Shown: positions 17,995 to 24,514 of the stretch, piece after piece
Position numbering within the stretch: the stretch's first letter is position 1
Layout: every line of letters begins with the position of its first letter
Origin: Moraxella nasicaprae
GTDB taxonomy: Bacteria > Pseudomonadota > Gammaproteobacteria > Pseudomonadales > Moraxellaceae
Direction of reading: 5' to 3'
Assembly (NCBI RefSeq): GCF_025643275.1
Contig: NZ_CP089977.1
Coordinates: forward strand, 1,980,001 to 2,012,000
DNA: 32,000 nucleotides
Notes under the pieces: model-generated
Told to the model about the DNA's origin: nothing
Database searches by the model: none
Seen by the model: only the letters and a program-made list of their open reading frames with translations
Program-made: the position numbers and the translations under genes

Positions 17995-18290
17995 GTAAAA
18001 CTGCGGTTGTGCCAACGGTATTCACCGCTGGACTATGCCTGTCGTCCATTGTGCTGAGCACGGCAGGCTATGGTTTTCGTCTGATGTTAGGCGAGAGTGT
18101 CAGCGAGGTGCTTAGGCACGCCATCATGGTTGTGCCTGTCTTTGTGGTGGGTGTGCCTGTTTTGGTTTGGCTGGTCAGTATTGTATTGAATAAGTTTGCC
18201 CACACCAACATTCACCCAAAAAACGCCCTAACTTTGGGCTGGCTACTGTCCACAGTGGCGATACTATCCATCATGGGGGTGTATAGCTGA
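17991..18290 (+). CDS. Small hypothetical membrane protein (99 aa, about 3 TM)
   Basis: Its GTG start overlaps the rpe stop (GTGA). Three hydrophobic segments. No family recognised. Confidence 0.5.
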   Translation: MSKTAVVPTVFTAGLCLSSIVLSTAGYGFRLMLGESVSEVLRHAIMVVPVFVVGVPVLVWLVSIVLNKFAHTNIHPKNALTLGWLLSTVAILSIMGVYS

Positions 18291-18592
18291 TGATTAATCA
18301 CCTGATTCCTGATTGTATCACACCCAGTCAAATTCCTAAGGGTCTAATTTTATTGTTGATGATGGCGTGTTTGCTCATTGGCTTGTCAGGGCTTCGTTAT
18401 GGCGGTATTGAAGGCTGGCTGCATACTGCTGAAAATTGGGTGCTTTGTTTGATTTTGATACCCAGTTTTACCGCCTTAATCGCAATGCCCATCAAGTATC
18501 GAGACCCAAGTTTTGATATTAGGATGGCGTATTATCTGGGTATGTTTGTGGCATTTTTATTCATGATGGCAAAACTTCGCTATTGGCGATGA
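18290..18592 (+). CDS. Small hypothetical membrane protein (100 aa, about 3 TM)
   Basis: Its ATG overlaps the preceding stop by 1 nt (TGATG). Size and TM layout are similar to the preceding ORF. No family recognised. Confidence 0.5.
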   Translation: MINHLIPDCITPSQIPKGLILLLMMACLLIGLSGLRYGGIEGWLHTAENWVLCLILIPSFTALIAMPIKYRDPSFDIRMAYYLGMFVAFLFMMAKLRYWR

Positions 18593-18650
18593 CTTGAAAA
18601 AATGGATGGTAATCCTCATATTTTGTCATCATAACAATAAGGTGGTATCA

Positions 18651-19286
18651 ATGACCAAAAAATCAACAGAACTGCTTAAAGATTGGCAGCACATGGACAC
18701 GGCACAGCGTCTGTCTTTGCTCGAATCTTTGATGGAAAAAGGCGAGTTAAATGAAGAGGTGGTGGCTGCTTTGCACGAATTATTTGTGCAGGAAGTGGCG
18801 TTGATGCAAGAAGAGGTTGTGGCAGGTACAGCAGATGAAACCACCATTGAGATGCTGGGTCATTTGGAGCTTTTAGGTTTAACGCCAGCACCAGCACCAA
18901 AAAAACGCCGCACTCGCAAAAAAATTGTTGAAGCTCAGACGAAAGCAGATGCCTCTTGTGATGATGTTGCATTGACGGAAGAAGCACCAACCGCTCCCAA
19001 AAAACGCCGCACTCGCAAAAAGAAAGAAAAAACCACTCAGTTTGCCCAAGAGACTATGTTAGAATTCATCGAAGATGACAGTGGTACGATGATTTTGCGA
19101 GAATTAAACGATGATGAACCTTTGGTCTCCATCAGTTTTTCTGATAAAGTAAAATCGCTGATGGGCATTGACACCAGAATGGTGGGTCAAGCGATGATTC
19201 ATGCTGCGATTGCCAGTGTATTGCAACGCCAAAGTAATTTTTATCATGCCCATGTTTATGATGAAGAGCCAGTACGATTTAGCTAA
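18651..19286 (+). CDS. Hypothetical acidic protein with two APKKRRTRKK basic motifs
   Basis: The ORF opens at a TTG at 18594, but ATG 18651 follows AAGGTGG with 7-nt spacing (MTKKSTELLKDWQ..). About 211 aa. The flanks are Glu/Asp-rich, the centre holds the duplicated basic motif, and there is a conserved-looking C-terminal domain (..MVGQAMIHAAIASVLQRQSNFYHAHVYDEEPVRFS). Confidence 0.6.
   Translation: MTKKSTELLKDWQHMDTAQRLSLLESLMEKGELNEEVVAALHELFVQEVALMQEEVVAGTADETTIEMLGHLELLGLTPAPAPKKRRTRKKIVEAQTKADASCDDVALTEEAPTAPKKRRTRKKKEKTTQFAQETMLEFIEDDSGTMILRELNDDEPLVSISFSDKVKSLMGIDTRMVGQAMIHAAIASVLQRQSNFYHAHVYDEEPVRFS
18897..19021 (+). repeat. In-frame direct repeat encoding PKKRRTRKK, two copies 99 nt apart
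   Basis: The core AAAAAACGCCGCACTCGCAAAAA occurs at about 18900-18922 and about 18999-19021, and the two copies are identical at nucleotide level. Confidence 0.9.
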
Positions 19287-19340
19287 ATAGATATTGGTAT
19301 TTTTTAAGTTTTATCCAATAGTTTTTTTATAAAAGAGTGA

Positions 19341-20285
19341 ATGATGAGCGAAAAAGAGCAGGGTGGCTGGTTTGCCCGTATGAAAGCAGGGTTATCTAAG
19401 TCGAGTAAAAATCTGACTGAGGGACTGGTGAATGTCTTGGTTGGCGGTAAGGAAATCGACGATGAGCTGTTTGAGGAAGTTGAAGACCAGCTTTTGGTGG
19501 CGGATATTGGGGTCAATGCCACAAACCGCATCATCAAAAATCTGACCGAGCAGACCGCTCGTGGGGATTTGATTTATTCACATTCTTTGTATAAAGCCTT
19601 AAAATCTGAATTAACCCAAATTCTTGCACCAAAAGTTGAACCATTGGTGATTGACACCAATAAAAAGCCCTATGTGATTTTAATGGTGGGTGTCAATGGC
19701 GTGGGCAAAACCACCACCATTGGCAAACTTGCCAAACGCTTACAGGGCGAGGGTAAATCTGTGATGTTGGCGGCTGGCGATACTTTTCGGGCGGCGGCGA
19801 CAGAGCAATTACAAGTTTGGGGCGAAAGAAACGGCATTCCTGTGGTGGCACAAGGGCATGGCTCAGACAGTGCCTCGGTGATTTTTGATGCGATGCAGTC
19901 TGCCAAAGCTAAGGGCATTGATGTGTTGATTGCAGATACCGCAGGACGACTACAAAATAAAACACACCTGATGAATGAGCTTGAAAAAGTGGTGCGTGTG
20001 ATGAAAAAAGCAGACGAAACCGCTCCGCATGAGACGATGATTGTGCTAGATGCTGGCACAGGTCAAAACGCCATCAATCAGGTTCAGGTATTCTCTGAGG
20101 CTGTCAATTTGACAGGCATTAGCATCACCAAATTGGACGGTACAGCCAAAGGCGGTGTGGTGTTTAATATCGCCCAAAATACCGACATTCCTATTCGTTT
20201 TATCGGTGTGGGCGAAGGCATTGATGATTTACAGCCTTTTGAGCCGACCGAATTTGTGGACGCTTTGCTTGACAAAGATGAATGA
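19341..20285 (+). CDS. ftsY: Signal recognition particle receptor FtsY (short form, N+G domains only)
   Basis: 314 aa. GWFARMKAGLSKSSKNL membrane-targeting start, GVNGVGKTTTIGKLA, DTFRAAA, DTAGRLQ, TKLDGTAKGG. Colinear with residues from about 195 to the end of E. coli FtsY. Confidence 0.95.
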   Translation: MMSEKEQGGWFARMKAGLSKSSKNLTEGLVNVLVGGKEIDDELFEEVEDQLLVADIGVNATNRIIKNLTEQTARGDLIYSHSLYKALKSELTQILAPKVEPLVIDTNKKPYVILMVGVNGVGKTTTIGKLAKRLQGEGKSVMLAAGDTFRAAATEQLQVWGERNGIPVVAQGHGSDSASVIFDAMQSAKAKGIDVLIADTAGRLQNKTHLMNELEKVVRVMKKADETAPHETMIVLDAGTGQNAINQVQVFSEAVNLTGISITKLDGTAKGGVVFNIAQNTDIPIRFIGVGEGIDDLQPFEPTEFVDALLDKDE

Positions 20286-20814
20286 TGATATCTCCGCACC
20301 AATGGTGGGTGTGCAGTACACCCCGCCATTATCATTGCCAATGTTGCGATTGGTTGCCAATCAAAACGGACTGATTTGTCTGGCTTGGCAACCAAATTGG
20401 CAACAACCATCTGACTGGCAAGTTCATTGGCAATCTGCAAGCGAATTATCCAGCCAAGATGTTGCCCAGCATATCTTGTTGCAGACCATCAGCCAGTTGA
20501 ATGAATATTTTGCAGGACAGCGACAGCAGTTTGATGTACCGCTTAATCTACAAGTGGGTACGGTTTTTCAACAAACCGTCTGGCAAGTGTTATGCGATAT
20601 TCCTTATGGTCAAACCATCAGCTATGCACGACTTGCTCAGTTGATTGGCAAGCCCACCGCTTATCGAGCCTGTGCCAATGCCAACGGCAAAAATCCTATC
20701 AGTATCATCATACCTTGTCACCGAGTGATTGCCAGTGATGGTGGTATTGGTGGCTATACGGGCGGTCTTGACATTAAGCAAAAACTGTTACAAATTGAAT
20801 GCTCTTTTCCTTAA
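20278..20814 (+). CDS. ogt: Methylated-DNA--protein-cysteine methyltransferase
   Basis: The ORF opens at 20155 inside ftsY. ATG 20278 (MNDDISAP..) overlaps the ftsY end by 8 nt. It has the active-site motif IIPCHRVIASDGGIGGYTGG, plus the TVFQQTVWQVLCDIPYGQTISY helix-turn-wing region. Confidence 0.9.
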   Translation: MNDDISAPMVGVQYTPPLSLPMLRLVANQNGLICLAWQPNWQQPSDWQVHWQSASELSSQDVAQHILLQTISQLNEYFAGQRQQFDVPLNLQVGTVFQQTVWQVLCDIPYGQTISYARLAQLIGKPTAYRACANANGKNPISIIIPCHRVIASDGGIGGYTGGLDIKQKLLQIECSFP

Positions 20815-20863
20815 AATATTATGCCAATAAACCCAAAACTTATGCTAAAATTTAGGCAATTTG

Positions 20864-20872
20864 TGCTATAAT
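20864..20872 (+). promoter_or_regulatory. Candidate extended -10 promoter for pyrD
   Basis: TGcTATAAT lies 40 nt upstream of ATG 20912. A second TGcTAAAAT lies at 20843-20851. Confidence 0.4.
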
Positions 20873-20911
20873 TTACCAAATCAATACACCACCACTTTGG
20901 GGAACGGCTTT

Positions 20912-21931
20912 ATGTCTTATGCGTTACTTCGCCCTATACTGTTCACGATGGATCCCGAACAGGCTCACGAGAAGACGCTAGAAATGCTTGAAAAGGCAAA
21001 TAATGCCAATCTGCTGGGGTTTGCCTATGGTAAGCAGAGCCTGCCAACAACCTGTATGGGCATCAATCTGCTTAATCCAGTAGGCTTGGCGGCAGGTCTG
21101 GATAAAAATGGTGCATATATTGATGCCTTATCCGAGCTTGGATTTGGATTTTTGGAAATCGGTACGGTCACGCCACGACCACAAGCGGGCAATGACAAAC
21201 CACGCCTGTTTCGCATTAAAGAAGCTGGGGCGATTATCAACCGCATGGGTTTTAATAATGATGGCGTTGATGTGATGATTGCCAATATCGAAAAAGCCAA
21301 ATACCAAGGCGTACTTGGGATTAACATCGGCAAAAATGCCATCACGCCTGTGGAGCATGCCTTAGACGATTATGTGTATTGTTTGGAGCGAGTGTATCCT
21401 TACGCCAGCTATATCACCATCAATATTTCAAGCCCCAATACCAAGAATTTACGAGATTTACAAAATGCTGATGCCTTATCAGCATTGCTTGAAGGTATTA
21501 AGACCTGTCATCTTAGACTTGCCAATGACTATGGTTTTTATGTACCGCTTGCCCTAAAAATCGCCCCTGACTTGGATTTGATGCAAGTAGATACCATCTC
21601 TCGCACTGTGTTAAACTTTGACATTGATGGTTTGATTGCGACTAACACGACCTTGTCTCGCACAGGCGTAGAGGGCTATAAGCACGCAGGCGAGGCGGGC
21701 GGTTTGTCTGGTCGTCCTGTCAATCATCAAAGTACGCTGATTTTGTCTGAGTTTGCCTATCGTTTATCGCATCGCATGGATTTGATTGGCGTAGGTGGTA
21801 TTGATGATGGTGAGCTTGCCCTCAAAAAAATCCACGCAGGGGCAAAAGCGGTGCAGCTGTATTCAGGGTTGATTTACAAAGGCCCAGCCTTGATTACTGA
21901 TTGTGTGCAAATGCTGGCGGATTATCGATGA
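20912..21931 (+). CDS. pyrD: Dihydroorotate dehydrogenase (quinone), class 2
   Basis: The ORF opens at 20861, but ATG 20912 gives [20 protein letters not shown] (E. coli [20 protein letters not shown]). Also [46 protein letters not shown]. Confidence 0.93.
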   Translation: MSYALLRPILFTMDPEQAHEKTLEMLEKANNANLLGFAYGKQSLPTTCMGINLLNPVGLAAGLDKNGAYIDALSELGFGFLEIGTVTPRPQAGNDKPRLFRIKEAGAIINRMGFNNDGVDVMIANIEKAKYQGVLGINIGKNAITPVEHALDDYVYCLERVYPYASYITINISSPNTKNLRDLQNADALSALLEGIKTCHLRLANDYGFYVPLALKIAPDLDLMQVDTISRTVLNFDIDGLIATNTTLSRTGVEGYKHAGEAGGLSGRPVNHQSTLILSEFAYRLSHRMDLIGVGGIDDGELALKKIHAGAKAVQLYSGLIYKGPALITDCVQMLADYR

Positions 21932-21935
21932 GAAA

Positions 21936-22448
21936 ATGACGATGAGCATACTTGATATCATCATTAGTCTTGTGGTGCTGGCTGGGCTGTGGCGTGGCTA
22001 TCAGCACGGCGTTGTCAAAACCTTTGGCTCGCTGATTGCATGGGCGGCTGCTCTTATCATCGCCTCAAAATGGGCAGATGAGTTGTCCATTTTTTTGACG
22101 ATGATAGATAATCGAGTGTTTCAGATTGCTTTGGCGTTTGTGTTGATTGTGTTGGCTGTGCTATTATTGGTGCAGATGATGGCAGGTGCTTTAACCAAAA
22201 CCATCAATGCTTTACACATTGGTTTTTTGAATCGAATTGCTGGTGGATTGCTTGGAGCAATGCTTGGCGTGCTAAAAATTTTGATGGTATTAAGTGTTGC
22301 AGCACCATTATTGGTTCAATTACCCATCTGGAAAGAGTCGATTTTGGCACAAAATTTATTGCCTTATGCACCGATGGCAAGAGTGTTGATTGGCAAGACG
22401 GTTGGTGAGGCTGTCCATCAGCTTGAAAATCCTTACCAGTCATTGTGA
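21936..22448 (+). CDS. cvpA: CvpA-family membrane protein (colicin V production protein)
   Basis: The ORF opens at 21903 inside pyrD. ATG 21936 (MTMSILDIIISLVVLAGLWRGYQHG) matches the CvpA N-terminus. Four TM segments. The conserved cvpA-purF order is present. Confidence 0.85.
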   Translation: MTMSILDIIISLVVLAGLWRGYQHGVVKTFGSLIAWAAALIIASKWADELSIFLTMIDNRVFQIALAFVLIVLAVLLLVQMMAGALTKTINALHIGFLNRIAGGLLGAMLGVLKILMVLSVAAPLLVQLPIWKESILAQNLLPYAPMARVLIGKTVGEAVHQLENPYQSL

Positions 22449-22523
22449 AGATAGACGCCAGCAGCAATTTAGCTGTTGGCTATTTTTATGTTTTTATTTT
22501 GATTTATTCAATTTGGAGTGAAT

Positions 22524-24047
22524 ATGTGCGGTGTAATCGGCATTATGTCCCATGAGCCTGTCAATCAAATGCTATATGATGGTCTGACCATGTTGCAACA
22601 TCGTGGACAAGATGCAGCTGGTATTGTAACTCTCAAAGACAATCGATTGTTTTTACGAAAAGATAATGGCATGGTGCGAGATGTATTTTTGGATAAGCAC
22701 ATGATGCGATTGGTGGGTAATTGTGGTATCGGTCATGTTCGCTATCCAACGGCTGGCACTTCAAGCACTGCCGAAGCTCAGCCTTTGTATGTCAATTCTC
22801 CTTATGGCATCGCATTGGCACACAATGGCAATCTGACCAACGCAGATGTGCTTGCCAAGGAACTGTATGAAGAGGATAGACGACATCTAAACACACAGTC
22901 AGACTCAGAGGTGTTGCTTAATATCTTTGCTCATGAGCTACAAAAAGTAAATAAAAATACTTTGCAAGCTGATGATATTTTTGAATCACTAAAAGCTGTG
23001 TATCATCGATGTCAAGGAGCGTATGCGGTGGTTGCTCTGATTACAGGGCATGGTATGTTGGCATTTCGAGATCCAAACGGTATTCGCCCTTTGGTGTATG
23101 GTCGCCGCTTGACTGATGCAGGGGTGGAATATATGGTGGCGTCAGAATCGGTGGCGTTGCAAGCACTTGGTTTTGAGCTGGTGCGTGATATTGCCCCAGG
23201 CGAGGCGATTTTTATTGACCTTAATCACAATGTCTTTACCCATCAATGTGTGGAAGTGCCAGCAGGACAGTACACACCTTGTATTTTTGAATTTGTTTAT
23301 TTTGCTCGCCCTGATTCTATTATTGATAACATTTCGGTACAAAAAGCTCGTATGCGTATGGGCGAAAGACTGGCTGAGCAAATCCTGCGTGAATGGGGCG
23401 AAAACCACGATATCGATGTTGTTATCCCAATTCCTGATACTTCTCGTAATGCAGCGATTGAGCTGGCATTACGACTGAATGTCAAATATCGAGAGGGCTT
23501 TAACAAAAATCGTTACATTGGACGCACTTTCATCATGCCTGGTCAAAGCCAACGCAAAAAATCGGTGCGTCAAAAGCTCAATGCTGTGCCATTTGAGTTT
23601 AAAAATAAAAATGTGCTGCTGGTTGATGATTCCATTGTGCGTGGCACAACTTGCCGTGAAATCATTCAAATGGCTCGTGATGCAGGGGCGAAAAATGTAT
23701 TTTTTGCGTCTGCCGCACCGCCTGTGTTATTCCCAAATGTCTATGGCATCGATATGCCCGTGCGTTCGGAGTTGATTTCATCTGGACGCAGCGTCGAAGA
23801 GGTGCGAGAAATCATCGGTGCAGACAGACTAATTTTCCAAGAGTTGGACGGCTTGATTGAGGCAGTCAAGGACACAAAGTACAGCAGGGTCGATGGTTTT
23901 GATTGCTCGGTATTTGACGGTTGTTATATTGCTGGTAAGATTGATGAGGAATATTTGGCAATCTTGCAAAACAAACGCAATGATGCCGCCAAATCCGCCC
24001 AAAGTGGCTCATCGCCTGTGGATATGACTGGCGTATCTAGCATCTGA
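22524..24047 (+). CDS. purF: Amidophosphoribosyltransferase
   Basis: ATG 22524 gives MCGVIGI, the N-terminal nucleophile Cys; 22518 is a GTG two codons upstream. Also [29 protein letters not shown], and the PRTase loop [11 protein letters not shown]. Confidence 0.95.
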   Translation: MCGVIGIMSHEPVNQMLYDGLTMLQHRGQDAAGIVTLKDNRLFLRKDNGMVRDVFLDKHMMRLVGNCGIGHVRYPTAGTSSTAEAQPLYVNSPYGIALAHNGNLTNADVLAKELYEEDRRHLNTQSDSEVLLNIFAHELQKVNKNTLQADDIFESLKAVYHRCQGAYAVVALITGHGMLAFRDPNGIRPLVYGRRLTDAGVEYMVASESVALQALGFELVRDIAPGEAIFIDLNHNVFTHQCVEVPAGQYTPCIFEFVYFARPDSIIDNISVQKARMRMGERLAEQILREWGENHDIDVVIPIPDTSRNAAIELALRLNVKYREGFNKNRYIGRTFIMPGQSQRKKSVRQKLNAVPFEFKNKNVLLVDDSIVRGTTCREIIQMARDAGAKNVFFASAAPPVLFPNVYGIDMPVRSELISSGRSVEEVREIIGADRLIFQELDGLIEAVKDTKYSRVDGFDCSVFDGCYIAGKIDEEYLAILQNKRNDAAKSAQSGSSPVDMTGVSSI

Positions 24048-24057
24048 TGATACATCA

Positions 24058-24089
24058 AATCGCTCAATATCAATTGGGCGATTTTTTAT
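24058..24089 (+). terminator. Rho-independent terminator after purF
   Basis: AATCGCTCAAT / ATTGGGCGATT stem with one wobble, followed by TTTTTATTT. Confidence 0.65.
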
Positions 24090-24145
24090 TTATCTAGGAT
24101 AATAAATGACAGTGATGTGTTATTAAGAATTATTCGCAAATTTGC

Positions 24146-24186
24146 TTGCATCTTAATTAGATTATGTTATAATATTTCTATATTGT
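24146..24186 (+). promoter_or_regulatory. ykgO promoter with an overlapping candidate Zur box
   Basis: -35 TTGCAT (24146-24151), 16-nt spacer, and an extended -10 TGtTATAAT (24165-24173). The stretch ATGTTATAATAT matches the left arm and centre of the gammaproteobacterial Zur operator (GAAATGTTATAwTATAACATTTC). The right arm is weak, so the overall match is about 14 of 23. Confidence 0.35.
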
Positions 24187-24209
24187 TAGATTATCCTAAG
24201 GAGGGAATG

Positions 24210-24350
24210 ATGCAAGTACTAAGTTCACTAAAATCTGCCAAAAACCGCCATGAAGACTGTCAAGTGGTGCGTCGTCGTGGTCGTATTTTTGTGATTTGCA
24301 AAAGTAATCCACGCTTTAAAGCGGTGCAAGGCTACAAGAAAAAGCGTTAA
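24210..24350 (+). CDS. ykgO: 50S ribosomal protein L36, type B (zinc-independent paralog)
   Basis: [46 protein letters not shown] is nearly identical in pattern to E. coli YkgO ([46 protein letters not shown]). RBS AAGGAGGG. The 77-aa ORF starting at 24117 is an upstream read-in. Confidence 0.9.
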   Translation: MQVLSSLKSAKNRHEDCQVVRRRGRIFVICKSNPRFKAVQGYKKKR

Positions 24351-24394
24351 TGTGATTCTAATGGCTTAATGACGATAAAGTCATTTGCTTGAAC

Positions 24395-24426
24395 AACCCC
24401 CGATTTAAATTGGGGGTTTGTTTTTG
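24395..24426 (+). terminator. Rho-independent terminator after ykgO
   Basis: AACCCCC (24395-24401) / GGGGGTT (24412-24418), followed by TGTTTTT. Confidence 0.7.
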
Positions 24427-24471
24427 ATGGATTATCGGTGTATTGTTCACATTGATGTGGCGAAGATGGAT

Positions 24472-24505
24472 AAAAAATAAAAGCACCCCAACTTGGCGTG
24501 CTTTT
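24472..24505 (-). terminator. Rho-independent terminator after the NGT-like gene
   Basis: AAAGCAC (24479-24485) / GTGCTTT (24498-24504). An A-rich tract upstream on the plus strand gives a T tract on the minus strand. It lies 10 nt downstream of the stop at 24515. Confidence 0.55.
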
Positions 24506-24514
24506 ATGGTTGAA

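Noticed and set aside
18897-19021. The direct repeats here and at 24534-24606 considered as a CRISPR array or intergenic repeat family
   Set aside because: There are only two copies each. They are in frame inside ORFs and encode identical basic peptide motifs. There are no spacer-repeat periodicity and no cas genes.
18651-19286. The idea that the acidic ORF upstream of ftsY is a detached FtsY A-domain
   Set aside because: Short FtsY proteins without an A-domain are common. The ORF has its own RBS, its own stop and a distinct non-acidic C-terminal domain, and I see no sequence similarity to the E. coli A-domain. Nothing supports the idea beyond charge and position.
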